Positions 1 to 12,801 are shown, numbered from the stretch's first letter. The stretch: 64,000 nt of DNA from Candidatus Bipolaricaulota bacterium (GCA_035528115.1 DATKZF010000003.1:487089-551088), one strand, 5' to 3'. The notes: generated by a model not told the origin, from the letters alone. Numbers and translations: made by a program.

Positions 1-1342
1 TATCGACGACAAGGTTAAGAAAGGACAAATCATGGCTGACGGACCGTCAACGGAAAACGGTGAATTGGCGCTGGGTCAAAACGTCTTGATCGCTTACATG
101 GCCTGGGAAGGCAACAATTACGAAGACGCCATGATCATTTCGGAAAAATTGGTTCACTTCGATAGATTTTCTTCCGTTCATATCGACAATCATATTATTG
201 ATATTCGAGACACCAAGCTCGGACCCGAACAGGTCACCTCGGATATTCCCAATATCAGCGAAGACAAATTAATGAATCTTGACGCCGAAGGCATCGTGCG
301 CGTGGGCGCGGTGGTTTCTTCCGGCGACATTTTGGTCGGAAAAATCACGCCCAAAGGCGAAACCGAATTATCGGCCGAGGAAAAATTGCTGAAAGCCATT
401 TTCGGAGAAAAGGCCAGAGACGTGCGCGACACCTCGCTTCGTTTGGAGCATGGCGAGCACGGCAAAGTGGTGGACGTGAAAATATTTTCTCAGGAAAACG
501 GCGACAAACTGTCTCCGGGAGTACTCAAATCCATTCAGGTTTCCATTGCCAATTTGAGAAAAATTCAGGTCGGCGATAAATTGGCCGGCCGTCACGGCAA
601 CAAAGGCGTCATTTCCAAAATCGTGCCCGTGGAAGACATGCCGTTTAGCGAAGACGGCACGACAATTGACGTTATCTTGACGCCGCTGGGCATTTGCTCC
701 CGTATGAACTTGGGGCAGGTTTTGGAAACCCATTTGGGATTGGCCGCGCAAAAGCTCGGTTATAAAGTGGCCACGCCCGTGTTCAACGGCATTACGGAAA
801 AAACCATCAAAGAAGAATTGGTCAAAGCCGGTTATCCGGAAAGCGGCCAATTGACTTTATATAACGGCAAAACCGGCGAAGCGTTCGAGCATCAGGTGAC
901 GATCGGCATCAATTACATTTTGAAATTGAATCACATGGTGGAAGACAAGATTCACCAAAGATCAATCGGCCCTTACTCGCTGATCACTCAGCAGCCGCTC
1001 GGAGGCAAAGCGCAATTCGGCGGACAAAGATTCGGAGAAATGGAAGTCTGGGCGCTCGAAGCTTATGGCGCGGCGCACACTTTGCAGGAAATTTTGACCA
1101 TTAAATCCGATGACGTTGTGGGCAGAGCCAAAGCTTACGAATCAATTATCAAGGGAGAGCCGATTAAGCGGCTGAACGTGCCCGAATCCTTCAATGTCTT
1201 GGTCAGAGAATTGAAAGGCCTGTGCTTGGATGTCGAATTGCTCAAAGACGGAAAATCCATCGACTTGGAAAAGGAAGAAGAGTTTAGGGACAGAAGCGAG
1301 AGGCATCAACAAGTCGAGACCGCCAAAGAGCCGGTCGAGTAA
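1..1342 (+). CDS. rpoB: RNA polymerase beta subunit, C-terminal part (begins before window)
   Basis: [38 protein letters not shown] motifs. Confidence 0.99.
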   Translation, partial: IDDKVKKGQIMADGPSTENGELALGQNVLIAYMAWEGNNYEDAMIISEKLVHFDRFSSVHIDNHIIDIRDTKLGPEQVTSDIPNISEDKLMNLDAEGIVRVGAVVSSGDILVGKITPKGETELSAEEKLLKAIFGEKARDVRDTSLRLEHGEHGKVVDVKIFSQENGDKLSPGVLKSIQVSIANLRKIQVGDKLAGRHGNKGVISKIVPVEDMPFSEDGTTIDVILTPLGICSRMNLGQVLETHLGLAAQKLGYKVATPVFNGITEKTIKEELVKAGYPESGQLTLYNGKTGEAFEHQVTIGINYILKLNHMVEDKIHQRSIGPYSLITQQPLGGKAQFGGQRFGEMEVWALEAYGAAHTLQEILTIKSDDVVGRAKAYESIIKGEPIKRLNVPESFNVLVRELKGLCLDVELLKDGKSIDLEKEEEFRDRSERHQQVETAKEPVE

Positions 1343-1375
1343 TTTAATCTTCATTTAATAATTACTTCTATATTT

Positions 1376-4300
1376 ATGAGCGAAGCATTAAAAATAAGAG
1401 ACTTTGATTCCATAAAGTTGAAGCTCGCCTCTCCGGAAGAAATCAAATCATGGTCTCACGGCGAAGTGACTCGGCCGGAAACCATCAATTACCGAACGCA
1501 AAAACCGGAAAAGGACGGCTTGTTTTGCGAAAAGATTTTTGGTCCCAGTAAAGATTGGGAATGCTATTGCGGCAAATATAAAAAAATCCGTTATCGCGGC
1601 ATTGTTTGCGACAAGTGCGGGGTGGAAGTGACTCGCTCGATTGTCCGCCGAGAAAGAATGGGGCATGTTGAATTGGCCACGCCGGTCACTCATATTTGGT
1701 TTTTGCGCGGTGTGCCGTCAAAAGTCGGTTTACTGCTGGATATGTCCATTCAGAAATTGGAAAAGGTGGTTTATTTCGCCAACTTCATTGTCATTGACGT
1801 TGATGAAGAAGGCAAAAAAGAAGAAATAGAAAATTTGAAAAAAGAATACAAATCAAGGAAAAAAGGCATTGACGGACAATTCAGCCAGCAAGTCAACGCG
1901 GCCAAAAACTCCGCTCAATTAAACGACAAAGAGAAAAAGAAGAAGTTGATTGAACTCAACAAATGGAAAGAAAAAGAATTGGAAGATTTGGAAAGCAATT
2001 TCGAGCAAACACAGAAAGAATTGAAAGATTTGGTGCCTTTGCAAATACTGGCTGAAAGCATGTATCAGGATTTGTCTTTGAAATACGGCCACATTTTCGA
2101 CGCCGGCATTGGCGCCGAGGCCGTCAGAAAGTTATTGCTCAAGGTGGATCTCGATCAGCTGATCAAAAAGCTGGATTCCGAAATTAAAAAAGAAAAAGCG
2201 ACCAAACAGAAAAAATCGATCAATCGCGTCAAGCTTTTGAAGAGTTTGCGCCGCAATAAAATTCAACCCGAATGGATGGTTCTGACCGCGGTGCCGATCA
2301 TTCCTCCGGATTTGCGTCCCATGGTGCCGCTCGATGGCGGACGTTTCGCCACCTCCGATTTGAACGACTTGTACCGTCGAGTGATCAGCAGAAACAATCG
2401 TTTGAAACGTTTGCTGGAACTGCGCGCGCCGGAAGTTATTTGTCGCAATGAAAAAAGAATGTTGCAAGAAGCCGTGGACGCTTTGATAGACAATTCCGCC
2501 AGAAAAACAAAAACCACCACCGCTTCCACCGGCCAGAAAAGAAGTTTGAAATCCATTGCCGATTATTTGAAAGGCAAACAAGGCCGATTCAGGCAAAATC
2601 TTTTGGGTAAAAGAATCGACTATTCCGGCCGAAGCGTTATTGTGGTCGGGCCGAATTTGAAACTTCATCAATGCGGTCTGCCGAAGAAAATGGCCTTGGA
2701 ATTGTTTAAGCCGTTTATCATTTCCAGATTAATCAAACAAGAATACGTTCATAATATCAGAAGCGCCAATCGCTTCATCGAAGCCGATCGTCCCGAAGTC
2801 TGGGATATTTTGGAAGAAGTTGTCTCGGGCGCGCACGTGCTTTTGAACAGAGCGCCGACCTTGCACAGATTGGGCATTCAGGCGTTCCAACCGGTTTTGA
2901 TCGAGGGCAAGGCCATTAAACTGCATCCGCTCGTTTGTTCCGCTTTTAACGCGGACTTTGACGGCGACCAAATGGCCGTGCATGTGCCTCTGACCGAAGA
3001 AGCCAAAAAAGAAGCCAGGGAAAGAATGTTGTCAACGCGCAATCTTTTAAAGCCGGCCACGGGTTTGCCGGTGGCGGTGCCCGCCATGGACATGATCTGG
3101 GGCTGTTATTACCTCACGTCTTTTAAAGACAATGATCATCCGAAAGCTTTCTGCGACACCAAGGAAGCCAAGATCGCGCATGCCTTGGGCAAAATAGGGC
3201 TGCAAGATAAAATTCTGGTCAAGGTCAAAAGCTCGGCTGATTTGGCGGTTAAAATCAAGAATGAAGAAGTGACTGAGACCACGGTGGGCAGAGTCATTTT
3301 CAACGAAATTTTGCCGGACGGATTGCCGTATTATAATGAATTGATCGATAAGAAAAAGTTGGGACAAATTGTCAGCTTGACTTTGGATATTTACGGCTTT
3401 GAGCTGACGGCCGAACTGCTGGATAAAATCAAGGAATTGGGTTTTGATCAATTGACGAAATCAGGATATTCCTGGGGCATGGACGATTTGCCGGATCTTA
3501 TCGGTAAAAAAGAATTGATTACCGAAGGCAACGGCCGAGTCGATGAAGTGCAAATGCAATTTGAAACCGGTCTTTTGACTGAAGATGAAAGATACAGCAA
3601 AGTCATTGAGATTTGGACTGACATCAAAGAGAAAGTGGTCAAACTCAGCCAAAACAGTTTGAATCCCGACGGCCCGGTTTATACCATGATCACTTCAGGT
3701 TCCAGAGGTTCCTGGGGGCAATTGACTCAAATGATGGGCATGAAGGGTTTGGTGACCAATCCATCCGGTCAGATTATCGAATTGCCGGTCAAAGCCAATT
3801 TTAAAGAAGGGTTTACCGTTCTCGAATATTATATTTCCACTCACGGCGCCAGAAAAGGTTTGTCCGATACGGCTCTGCGCACGGCCAATGCCGGTTATTT
3901 GACCAGAAGATTGGTGGACGTTTCCCAAGACGTGATCATCGTTTCCGATGATTGCGGCGATAAAGGCGGCGCTCTGTTCACCAAGGAAGAAAGCGATGTT
4001 ATCGGCCAGAGTTTGGTTGCCAGAATTACGGGCAAATACATCATGGAAGATATCAAAGATCCCAAGACCGGAGAGGTCATAGTCAAAAAGGGCGAGGTCA
4101 TTACTCATGACGTGGCCAGAGAATTGGAAAACATTGAATTGGACAAGGTGAAAGTGAGAACCGTGCTTAGTTGTAAATTGAGCAGAGGCTTGTGCCAAAA
4201 ATGCTACGGCTATGATTTGGCTTATAACAAACCCGTGGATATGGGCACCGCTGTCGGCATTATCGCCGCTCAGAGCATCGGCGAGCCCGGCACTCAGCTG

Positions 4301-5263
4301 ACCATGAGAACTTTCCATACCGGCGGCGTGGCCGGACAGGATATCACTCAAGGTTTGCCTCGAGTTGAAGAAATTTTCGAAGCGCGTCCGCCAAAGAAAA
4401 AAGCTTTGCTCAGCGAAGTGGACGGCGCGGTGACAATCATTGAAAAACCCAGAATCATTCAGGGTCCCAAAGGCGAAATCATCGCTCAGACCGCGTTCGG
4501 CGAAAGAGTGGTGAAAATTTCTTATCAAGATAAAGAAGTTGATACTTATAATTTCAAAGATCCGGCAGCCGTCGAACTGAAAGTCAAAGATGGCGACAAG
4601 GTCAGAGTGGGCGAAGTGCTTTTCTTGTCCGGCAAGAAAAAAGTCAAAGTGGTGCGAGACGGCAAGGTGGAACTCAAAGACAATAAAATCCTGATTTCGA
4701 ATGAGATGGCCAAAGAAAAAGAATACATAATTCCGGCCGGCACCACCCTTTGGATCAAAGACGGGCAAGCGGTCAAAAAAGGAGATCAATTGACCGAAGG
4801 CAGCATCAATTTGGATGAATTGTACGCGCTCAAAGGCAAGCAAGCGGTGCAAGAATACATTTTGAACGAAATTCAATATATTTATTCTTCGCAAGGTCAA
4901 AGATTGAATGACAAACACGTTGAAGTCATTTCCAGGCAAATGTTCTCCAGGGGTTACGTCAAAGATCCGGGAGACACTTATTTGCTGGAAGGCGAGATCG
5001 TGGAAAAAGCGGAATTGGAAGAGGCGAATCAGCAGGTTAGAAAAGGCGGCAAACTGGCTGTCAGCGAGGAAATATTCTTGGGCATTTCCAAGGTTTCGTT
5101 GACCACCAAGAGCTTCTTATCCGCCGCGTCTTTCCAGGAAACGGCCAGAGTGCTGATCAACGCCGCGGTCACGGGCAAGGTTGACCGATTGGAAGGCTTG
5201 AAAGAAAACGTCATCATCGGCAGGTTGATTCCGGCCGGAACAGGTTACGTGAAAAAACCTTAG
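1376..5263 (+). CDS. rpoC: RNA polymerase beta' subunit
   Basis: NADFDGD catalytic motif, N-terminal Zn finger, follows rpoB. Confidence 0.99.
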   Translation: MSEALKIRDFDSIKLKLASPEEIKSWSHGEVTRPETINYRTQKPEKDGLFCEKIFGPSKDWECYCGKYKKIRYRGIVCDKCGVEVTRSIVRRERMGHVELATPVTHIWFLRGVPSKVGLLLDMSIQKLEKVVYFANFIVIDVDEEGKKEEIENLKKEYKSRKKGIDGQFSQQVNAAKNSAQLNDKEKKKKLIELNKWKEKELEDLESNFEQTQKELKDLVPLQILAESMYQDLSLKYGHIFDAGIGAEAVRKLLLKVDLDQLIKKLDSEIKKEKATKQKKSINRVKLLKSLRRNKIQPEWMVLTAVPIIPPDLRPMVPLDGGRFATSDLNDLYRRVISRNNRLKRLLELRAPEVICRNEKRMLQEAVDALIDNSARKTKTTTASTGQKRSLKSIADYLKGKQGRFRQNLLGKRIDYSGRSVIVVGPNLKLHQCGLPKKMALELFKPFIISRLIKQEYVHNIRSANRFIEADRPEVWDILEEVVSGAHVLLNRAPTLHRLGIQAFQPVLIEGKAIKLHPLVCSAFNADFDGDQMAVHVPLTEEAKKEARERMLSTRNLLKPATGLPVAVPAMDMIWGCYYLTSFKDNDHPKAFCDTKEAKIAHALGKIGLQDKILVKVKSSADLAVKIKNEEVTETTVGRVIFNEILPDGLPYYNELIDKKKLGQIVSLTLDIYGFELTAELLDKIKELGFDQLTKSGYSWGMDDLPDLIGKKELITEGNGRVDEVQMQFETGLLTEDERYSKVIEIWTDIKEKVVKLSQNSLNPDGPVYTMITSGSRGSWGQLTQMMGMKGLVTNPSGQIIELPVKANFKEGFTVLEYYISTHGARKGLSDTALRTANAGYLTRRLVDVSQDVIIVSDDCGDKGGALFTKEESDVIGQSLVARITGKYIMEDIKDPKTGEVIVKKGEVITHDVARELENIELDKVKVRTVLSCKLSRGLCQKCYGYDLAYNKPVDMGTAVGIIAAQSIGEPGTQLTMRTFHTGGVAGQDITQGLPRVEEIFEARPPKKKALLSEVDGAVTIIEKPRIIQGPKGEIIAQTAFGERVVKISYQDKEVDTYNFKDPAAVELKVKDGDKVRVGEVLFLSGKKKVKVVRDGKVELKDNKILISNEMAKEKEYIIPAGTTLWIKDGQAVKKGDQLTEGSINLDELYALKGKQAVQEYILNEIQYIYSSQGQRLNDKHVEVISRQMFSRGYVKDPGDTYLLEGEIVEKAELEEANQQVRKGGKLAVSEEIFLGISKVSLTTKSFLSAASFQETARVLINAAVTGKVDRLEGLKENVIIGRLIPAGTGYVKKP

Positions 5264-5332
5264 TGATTTCCGGCCGCTAATTCGCGGCCGGTTAAATTAA
5301 TTCGAGCGGATAATTATTTTTAATTCGAACGT

Positions 5333-7180
5333 ATGAAAAATAACATCGCCAAAAATATTATCATTTTCATCGTGGTGTTTTTCATTATCGCCGCCATCTT
5401 CAGTTTGTACAATATTTCCTCGCAAGAGGTGGAAAATATCGGGGTGTCTCAGCTCATTTCCGAAATAGACAGCGGTCAAGTGAAAACAATAGGCGTGGAA
5501 GGCGATAATATCAATATCGCTTTGCAAGACGGTCATTTGCAGAAGTTGATGAAAGAGCCGACCGAATCTTTCTCGGATATCGTCAATAACTACGCGATTG
5601 ACCCGGCAAAATTATCGGGCATTGACATCCAAGTGGTTGAAGCGGAAGGCTGGGCTTTCTGGGCTTCGGCAATTTTGCCATATCTGCTGCCGTTTTTATT
5701 GATCGTGGCTTTTATTTGGTTCATGATGAGGCAGCTTCAGGGAGCGAACACCAAAGCCATGTCTTTCGGCCAAAGCCAGGCCAGAGAATTCAGCGCTCAA
5801 GGCAAAAACAAAATCACTTTCAAAGACGTGGCCGGAGTTATCGAAGCCAAAATCGAACTGGAGGAAGTGGTGGAATTTTTAAAGCATCCCAAAAAATTTC
5901 TTGATCTGGGAGCGAAGATTCCAAAAGGAGTTTTATTGATGGGCCCTCCGGGCACGGGCAAGACTTTGTTGGCCAGAGCAGTGGCCGGTGAAGCCAATGT
6001 GCCTTTCCTGAGCATTTCCGGATCGGAATTCGTGGAAATGTTCGTGGGCGTGGGAGCGTCGCGCGTTCGAGATTTATTTAAAAAAGCGAAAAAGAGCGCG
6101 CCGTGCATTATTTTCGTGGATGAAATCGACGCGGTGGGACGTCAGCGAGGCGCCGGACTGGGCGGTTCGCACGACGAGAGAGAGCAGACCTTAAATCAAA
6201 TTTTGGTCGAGCTGGACGGCTTTGACGCCAATACCAATGTTATCGTGATGGCCGCCACCAATCGCCCGGATGTTTTGGATCCGGCTTTGCTTCGCCCGGG
6301 CAGATTTGACCGACGGGTCATTCTTGATTTGCCGGACATTAAAGACAGACAGGCTATTTTGAACGTTCATTCCACCGGCAAGCCGTTTGATAAAGATATC
6401 AATTTAAGAAAAATAGCGGAGAGAACTCCGGGCTTTTCAGGCGCTGACTTGGCCAACTTATTAAACGAAGCCGCGATTTTAACGGCGCGACGGGACAAAT
6501 CCCAAATCGGCATGGATGAAGTCTTGGAAAGCATTGAAAAAGTGCTTTTGGGACCGGAAAGAAAAAGTCGGGTGCTCTCTGATGAAGAGAAAAATGTCAC
6601 GGCTTATCATGAGGCCGGACACGCTGTCGTGGCGCATCTTTTGCCCGGCACTGACCCGGTGCAGAAGGTATCCATTATTTCCAGAGGTTCGGCGGCCGGT
6701 TATACTTTGAAATTGCCGACAGCGGATAAAAATCTTCATAAAAGATCGGAATTTATTTCGGACTTGGCCATTTTTTTGGCCGGGCACACGGCTGAGAAAA
6801 TCATTTTCGGCGAGGTGACTACCGGAGCTTCGAATGATTTGCAAAAGGCCACCGAATTGGCGCACGACTTGATCACGCGATTCGGCATGAGCGATCATTT
6901 GGTGCCCAGAATTTACGGAGGAAAAGAAGAATTGGTTTTCTTGGGCAGAGATATCAGGGAGCAAAGAAATTACAGCGAAAAAGTGGCTGAATTGATTGAT
7001 CATGAAATTGACGGTCTGATTTCTGCCGCCATCAAAAGCGCGGAGCGGATTATAAACGACCATAGAGATAAATTGGACAAACTGGTGGCGCATCTTATGG
7101 AAAAGGAAACGATCGAAAGAGAAGAATTCGAAAAATTGATGGGGCCAAAAGAAGCCGTTGAAAACAAACAAGACAAATAA
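5333..7180 (+). CDS. ftsH: ATP-dependent zinc metalloprotease FtsH
   Basis: 2 TM helices, GPPGTGKT Walker A, RPGRFD, HEAGH. Confidence 0.98.
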   Translation: MKNNIAKNIIIFIVVFFIIAAIFSLYNISSQEVENIGVSQLISEIDSGQVKTIGVEGDNINIALQDGHLQKLMKEPTESFSDIVNNYAIDPAKLSGIDIQVVEAEGWAFWASAILPYLLPFLLIVAFIWFMMRQLQGANTKAMSFGQSQAREFSAQGKNKITFKDVAGVIEAKIELEEVVEFLKHPKKFLDLGAKIPKGVLLMGPPGTGKTLLARAVAGEANVPFLSISGSEFVEMFVGVGASRVRDLFKKAKKSAPCIIFVDEIDAVGRQRGAGLGGSHDEREQTLNQILVELDGFDANTNVIVMAATNRPDVLDPALLRPGRFDRRVILDLPDIKDRQAILNVHSTGKPFDKDINLRKIAERTPGFSGADLANLLNEAAILTARRDKSQIGMDEVLESIEKVLLGPERKSRVLSDEEKNVTAYHEAGHAVVAHLLPGTDPVQKVSIISRGSAAGYTLKLPTADKNLHKRSEFISDLAIFLAGHTAEKIIFGEVTTGASNDLQKATELAHDLITRFGMSDHLVPRIYGGKEELVFLGRDIREQRNYSEKVAELIDHEIDGLISAAIKSAERIINDHRDKLDKLVAHLMEKETIEREEFEKLMGPKEAVENKQDK

Positions 7181-7219
7181 TAGAAAAAGGCCGCTGACTT
7201 GGCGGCCTTTTCAATTGAC

Positions 7220-8017
7220 ATGAAAAGAATCAAAGCCTTAATAATGATGCTGGCGCTATGCGTTGGCCTGGGCGCCTGCTCGGTTCAGGTGACTAACGAA
7301 GACGTTTCGACGGATTTTGACGCCAAGATAATCAAGACGGTCGAGTTCGAAGATTGGCGGGAAATCGAGCCCGGTTTGGCGATCAAACAATATTTGTTTG
7401 ATGACAAAATCACCATGACCGCGCTGAAATATTTCGGCGACAATTTCGACTGGGCGATCGCGCAAGATGTTGAGTCGCCCAAAACCGTGGCTGATTGGCA
7501 AAAAGCGCTAAAGGCCAAGGTCGCGATCAACGGGGGCTATTTCGACGAAAACAACGGTTCTACCGGCTATTTGTTGATTGACGGCCAAGAATACGGGAGA
7601 CCGAGCCGTGACGGGCAAAACGGCTATACGGGCATGCTGACCATAAAGGACGGTCGGCCGAGTTTGCGTTATTTGCCTGAAAATAATTACGCCGAAAACG
7701 AAAAATCGGATTTCGCCTTGCAGACTTTTCCCACGCTGATCAATAACGGCTCGAGCTTGATTGCCGTCGATAGTGGTAAAACCGCCAGACGACAGGTCTT
7801 GGCGCAAAACAAGAACGGAGAATTTTTCATCATCGCGGTCGAAGGTTTTGTCAGTCTGTATGAATTGGCCGATTGGCTGGCGAACTCGGAATTGGATTTG
7901 TCCATCGCTATCAATCTTGATGGCGGGCCTTCGGTCGGTTTGAGCGTTTATGTTGATGATTTCAATTATAATCTGGAATCGGCTTTCGTGCCCAACATTA
8001 TTTTCGCGACAAATTGA
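7220..8017 (+). CDS. Phosphodiester glycosidase (NAGPA/DUF2233-like) lipoprotein
   Basis: Lipobox LGAC, AINGGYF and AINLDGGPS motifs. Confidence 0.8.
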   Translation: MKRIKALIMMLALCVGLGACSVQVTNEDVSTDFDAKIIKTVEFEDWREIEPGLAIKQYLFDDKITMTALKYFGDNFDWAIAQDVESPKTVADWQKALKAKVAINGGYFDENNGSTGYLLIDGQEYGRPSRDGQNGYTGMLTIKDGRPSLRYLPENNYAENEKSDFALQTFPTLINNGSSLIAVDSGKTARRQVLAQNKNGEFFIIAVEGFVSLYELADWLANSELDLSIAINLDGGPSVGLSVYVDDFNYNLESAFVPNIIFATN

Positions 8018-8132
8018 TTCGCTTGTTAATAACTATTTTTTTTAAAGCAAAACTTTTGATATAATAAAATTAACTTGACGTCAAGTTAATTTTAAAATTT
8101 GAATAAAAACAAAAAATTAAATAAAAATAAAT

Positions 8133-9209
8133 ATGCCATTGTACAGAATCATATTAAGGAGAGCTTGGCAGATCAGTTGGAAAAGAAAGTGGCTCTGGTT
8201 TTTGGGTTTTTTTGCCGCGTTTTTAAGCAATGAAACCATCTATGAATCGATTATTTCCGGTTTTAACAGTCGGTTTTCCGGCCAGAGTTTTTCATTATTG
8301 ACCAAGAATTTTTTCGGCCAAGGAATCTTCGATATTTTTAATGTCAGCTTTTTGAAAACGTGGTGGACTTCCGGAGCGACCGGGTTTACTTATTTGTTGC
8401 TTTTGACCGTGGCCTTTGTTTCGCTTCTGTTGTTTTTCATTTTCATTTCGGTGATTTCCCAAGCCGGTTTGATCAAAGCGGCCATTGCCAGCGACGTTAA
8501 GCAGCCATACGGATTGAAACGAGCGCTCAGAGACGGTATTGATCATTTTTGGCCGGTGTTGGGCTTGAACATCGTGACCAAAGGGGCGTTGTTCGGGATT
8601 TTGGCCGTGATCGCTTACGGGGTTAGCTTGTTGATCAAGGTTTGCTCCATAAATGCCATAGATTATATCTTGACGGCATTGTTTGTTTTGATTCTGGTTT
8701 TCGGTTCGCTTTTAATTTATTATTTGACCATTTACGGCACCGCCTTTATCGTTTTGCGCGGAAAAAAGATTTTTTCCAGCATCAAGCTGTCTTGGAGTTT
8801 GTTTTTTAATAATTTTTTGATCAACTTGGAAATGGCTTTGATCCTGTTTTGCTCCGTGGTGATCTTGTCCATTCTTTTAATCGCCGCGCTGTTTATTTTA
8901 AGCGCGCCGTTGATACTTTTGACCTTGCTTCTCGGCGTGGCCGCGGCCGCCAAGGGAGTTATCGTCATTGCCGCGCTCTGGGTGGTTTTGGTGGTGTTGA
9001 TGGTCTTTTTCTTCGGCTCATGGTATTCGACTTTTCAGATTTCTTGCTGGGCCATATTATTCGAGGAGCTGGCTTTGAAAAGAGGCAGATCGAAAATAGC
9101 CAGAATATTCGATTCAATGAAAAATTTGGTTAAAAAAACTCCGGCGAAGAAAAGAAAACCGGTTGTCAAACCTTTGGCCAGACGGACATATAATAGAAAG
9201 AAAAAATAA
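8133..9209 (+). CDS. Polytopic membrane protein, CPR-type hypothetical
   Basis: Multiple hydrophobic segments, basic C-terminal tail. Confidence 0.75.
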   Translation: MPLYRIILRRAWQISWKRKWLWFLGFFAAFLSNETIYESIISGFNSRFSGQSFSLLTKNFFGQGIFDIFNVSFLKTWWTSGATGFTYLLLLTVAFVSLLLFFIFISVISQAGLIKAAIASDVKQPYGLKRALRDGIDHFWPVLGLNIVTKGALFGILAVIAYGVSLLIKVCSINAIDYILTALFVLILVFGSLLIYYLTIYGTAFIVLRGKKIFSSIKLSWSLFFNNFLINLEMALILFCSVVILSILLIAALFILSAPLILLTLLLGVAAAAKGVIVIAALWVVLVVLMVFFFGSWYSTFQISCWAILFEELALKRGRSKIARIFDSMKNLVKKTPAKKRKPVVKPLARRTYNRKKK

Positions 9210-9372
9210 AATATTCAATAAAAAAAGGGCTTTGGCCCTTTTTTGTTTTTAAAAATCCTTGGAATTTTTTTATGGGAAAAAATGCGGAGAGCGGAAAGGC
9301 AAGCTTTCCGCTCTTTATGTCCTTTGTTTTTTCGACTGTGCTGTATACGACAGAGGAATTTAAATAACGGCA

Positions 9373-10509
9373 TTATTTTTTTCGCCAGAGAGTGATTACT
9401 CGCTCAATATGCTGGCCGGGTCGAAAATACTCCCAGGTATTCAGGCGGTCAAATGAATTTTTAAGCTCAGCCGAGATATTGACGTTGAAAATTCTTTCTT
9501 TGGTTTTAATTTTGGGAAAAATAAAGACGATGAACGCGCCGGGCGCCAAAATATTATTCAATGAATCGAATGCTTTCAAATATAAATTTTTTAATTCCTT
9601 GATCATCAGGAGTATTTCACTTTCTTTTTCCTTGCCGTACAGCGGCTTGCCCAAAAAAGGCTCGGTAATCACGGCGTCCGGAATGAAGGGCAGATCCTTT
9701 TTGGTCGCGATTGAAGCGTCCAATCTTTCGATAATGATTTGGGAAGATATATTGAATTTCAGTTTCAACCAATCAATGTTTTTTTCGCACTTTTTCAAGG
9801 TCTCCGAATTGATGTCGCTGCCGATGATTTTTTTTACGCCGGACAAAGCCGCTTGTTGCAAGATCGTGCCGAAGCCGCAAAACGGATCCCAAATCGATTC
9901 AGGTTTGACCGGCAATAAATTGACGGCCATCTGCGCGACTTTCGGGGGCAACATGCCAATTTTGGCATCGAATTCCGGCCGGCCGAAATCAAGTCGGTTC
10001 CATCTTTCAAAATCTTGAACGGCCGCGGAGCGGCCGAGCAAGAAATCGGTTCCGTCAAAGAAAACACACAGCTCGACGCCGTCTTCAATCAGTTTGTTTT
10101 TGGCCACGCTGACCGATGACAAAGCGTTGCCCACGGCTCGCACAAAACGGCAAGGCCTGTTTTCTTTGATCAGTTTTTTGATTTCTATGCCGAGCTTATA
10201 AAGCTTCAGATATTTTCCCGTGTAATCGCTCAAGCCGAAAACCATTTTATTTTTTGATGATAAATCTTCTATCAAGACGGCGAGTTTGGCCGGCTCGAGC
10301 TTTTTTTCTCGGTCGATTATTTCACCGAATTTCACGCAGCCGCCCAAACTCTCGAAAAGCGGTCGGTCGATCTTTTTTTGAGACGACAAAATCAGCGTGT
10401 CATTTTTTTCTGAGACAAGTTCGGTTTTTATCGCAGCCTTGGCCAGAACGCTCGCCAGCTCGGCTTTTGAAATCGCCGGAGTTTTTCCAAAGATGAAGAA
10501 ATATTCCAT
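9373..10509 (-). CDS. SAM-dependent RNA methyltransferase (Trm11/UPF0020-like)
   Basis: GMLPPKVAQM, WDPFCGFGT motif I, ITEPFLG motif IV; start taken at ATG 10509. Confidence 0.85.
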   Translation of the reverse strand: MEYFFIFGKTPAISKAELASVLAKAAIKTELVSEKNDTLILSSQKKIDRPLFESLGGCVKFGEIIDREKKLEPAKLAVLIEDLSSKNKMVFGLSDYTGKYLKLYKLGIEIKKLIKENRPCRFVRAVGNALSSVSVAKNKLIEDGVELCVFFDGTDFLLGRSAAVQDFERWNRLDFGRPEFDAKIGMLPPKVAQMAVNLLPVKPESIWDPFCGFGTILQQAALSGVKKIIGSDINSETLKKCEKNIDWLKLKFNISSQIIIERLDASIATKKDLPFIPDAVITEPFLGKPLYGKEKESEILLMIKELKNLYLKAFDSLNNILAPGAFIVFIFPKIKTKERIFNVNISAELKNSFDRLNTWEYFRPGQHIERVITLWRKK

Positions 10510-10524
10510 ACTTTTTTCGATTAT

Positions 10525-10680
10525 ATAAAAGACTGCGCCATTGCCGTTGAGCACTTAAAATGTGTACCCAATACATTGAGCATTGAGTTGAGGAGAGAGA
10601 TTTTAGGGCCTCTGCATGACGTTACATGCCTTGACCCAAACATTTTTAATGCTGTATTGGTGAATGACGCAGTCTTTTAT
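10525..10680 (-). ncRNA. Candidate structured RNA (5' leader or 6S-like RNA)
   Basis: 13-bp perfect closing stem ATAAAAGACTGCG/CGCAGTCTTTTAT, nested inner helices, upstream TTGCGC-17-TAGAAT promoter (10726-10698). Confidence 0.55.
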
Positions 10681-10818
10681 GGGTGATTTCAGCTTTTATT
10701 CTAACATTATGAAAAAAGTCGCGCAAGTTGATGCCAAAAAAGGCATTGAAATGACCTTGGCGATTGATTGACAGAAACGTTGAAAATTGTTAAACTTATT
10801 TATGTTATTCAATAAAAT

Positions 10819-12801
10819 ATGAATGTAGCCGAATTGGCCAGAATATTAAAAGTGGGAACCAGAGATCTTTTGGAAACATTGCCGAAGCTTGGTTTTGATT
10901 TGGGCAAAAAGTCGATTAAAGTCAATGACAAAATGGCTCAGCAGATCATCGTGGCTTGGCGCGAATATGACAGAAAAATGCGGCAGGAAGAGCAATACCT
11001 CAAAGGCAAGGACAAGGACGCGGCCAAGGACGAGGAACCCAAGGGAGAAGTGGAAATTCCGCCGGTTTTAACGGTGCGTGATTTTTCTAAAATTTTGAAT
11101 TTGCCGGTGACCGGTGTGATTTCGGAATTGATGAAAAACGGAGTCATGGCTTCGGTCAATCAAAGAATAGATTTCGATACGGCGGCCATCATGGCCGAAG
11201 AATTGGGCTACACTCCGATTTTAAAAGATGAGGATGCGGGAGTTGAATTGAATCAGGATCTGAAATTGAAAAATATTTTCGAAAAGGAAAAAGAATCGCT
11301 CGAAAGTCGGGCGCCCGTAATCGTGGTCATGGGACACGTTGACCACGGCAAAACCAAATTGCTCGACGCCATTCGCAAAACTCACGTGATGGAAGGCGAG
11401 GCCGGCGGCATCACTCAGCACATTGGCGCTTATCAGGTTAATAAAAAGGGCAGGCAAATCACTTTTATCGATACGCCCGGTCATGAGGCGTTTACAGCCA
11501 TGAGATCGAGAGGCGCGAAAATAGCGGACATCGCCATTTTGGTGATCGCCGCGGATGACGGCATTAAACCGCAGACGGTTGAAGCCATAAAAATAGCTCA
11601 GGAAGCGGGTTTGACGATCGTGGTCGCCATAAATAAAATAGACAAGCCGGGCGCCAACGTTGAAAAAGTCAAACAGGATTTGACCAAATATAATCTTTTA
11701 CCCGAAGAATGGGGCGGCAAAATTATTGTCGCGCCGGTTTCGGCCAAAAATAATATCGGCATTGATGAATTGCTCGACAAAATTTTGTTCGTGGCCGACT
11801 TGGAAGCGGATAAAATCAGAGCCAATCCGAGCGGTGAATTCGTGGGCAGTATCATTGAGTCGCATATCGATAAAAACATGGGACCCGTGGCCACGGTATT
11901 GATTAAAAACGGCACTTTGAAAAAAGGAGAAAATTTATCGATTGACGGAGCGTACTTCGGCAAAGTCAGAGCCATGAAAAATTATAACGGCAAAGATGCG
12001 GATTTGGCCGGTCCGTCCATGCCCGTTCAGATCGTTGGTTTCAAAGTCGCTCCCAAAGTCGGAGACATCGTGGAAGCGGTCATGGATTTGAAAAAATCGA
12101 AACGCAAAGCGGATTATTTCAAGTTGTCAAAGCAGGAAGAATTCGTGCACATGCCTTCGCAAGAAGAAGATGATTCAACTTCGAACGTCACCAAATTGAA
12201 CGTGGTGATCAAAGCCGACGTACTGGGCTCGGAGGAAGCGGTTATCGAATCTTTGCAAAAAATTGAGAACAAGGAAATTAAAATAGATTTTGTTCAAAAA
12301 GGTTTGGGCAATATTACCGAGTCCGATGTGCTGGCCGCCGAGGCAAGCGGCGCCATGCTTTTGGGATTCAATGTCAGACCCACGGCCGAGGCTGAACTTT
12401 TGGCCAGAGACAAAGGCGTGGAAATTAAAATTTATAAAATTATTTACGAATTGATCGATGAGGTTAAAAATAAATTGAATGAAATTGTCAAACCTGAAAT
12501 AGTCAGGGAAAATTTGGGCAAGATGGAAGTGTTGGCATTGTTCAAAAAGACGGATAAGGGCCAAATCGTCGGCGGCAAAGTGATTTCCGGCAAAATCGAA
12601 GCCGGCAGCTCAGCTGCCGTTTTCAGAAAAGATGAATTCGTCGGCTTGGGTAAAATTTCCCAGTTGCAGGCGGGTAAACAAGAGGTTGCGGACGTGCCGG
12701 CCGGCCAGGAAGCGGGTATTCAATTTGAAGGTCAAACTCCAATCGAGGTTGGCGATGTGCTGGATGTTTATCGGGAAATAGAGAAAAAGAAAGTTATTTA
12801 A
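10819..12801 (+). CDS. infB: Translation initiation factor IF-2
   Basis: GHVDHGKT, DTPGH, NKID motifs. Confidence 0.98.
   Translation: MNVAELARILKVGTRDLLETLPKLGFDLGKKSIKVNDKMAQQIIVAWREYDRKMRQEEQYLKGKDKDAAKDEEPKGEVEIPPVLTVRDFSKILNLPVTGVISELMKNGVMASVNQRIDFDTAAIMAEELGYTPILKDEDAGVELNQDLKLKNIFEKEKESLESRAPVIVVMGHVDHGKTKLLDAIRKTHVMEGEAGGITQHIGAYQVNKKGRQITFIDTPGHEAFTAMRSRGAKIADIAILVIAADDGIKPQTVEAIKIAQEAGLTIVVAINKIDKPGANVEKVKQDLTKYNLLPEEWGGKIIVAPVSAKNNIGIDELLDKILFVADLEADKIRANPSGEFVGSIIESHIDKNMGPVATVLIKNGTLKKGENLSIDGAYFGKVRAMKNYNGKDADLAGPSMPVQIVGFKVAPKVGDIVEAVMDLKKSKRKADYFKLSKQEEFVHMPSQEEDDSTSNVTKLNVVIKADVLGSEEAVIESLQKIENKEIKIDFVQKGLGNITESDVLAAEASGAMLLGFNVRPTAEAELLARDKGVEIKIYKIIYELIDEVKNKLNEIVKPEIVRENLGKMEVLALFKKTDKGQIVGGKVISGKIEAGSSAAVFRKDEFVGLGKISQLQAGKQEVADVPAGQEAGIQFEGQTPIEVGDVLDVYREIEKKKVI

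Noticed and set aside
3695-4939. 414-aa antisense ORF (and similar shadow ORFs)
   Set aside because: Antisense shadow of rpoC caused by codon bias.
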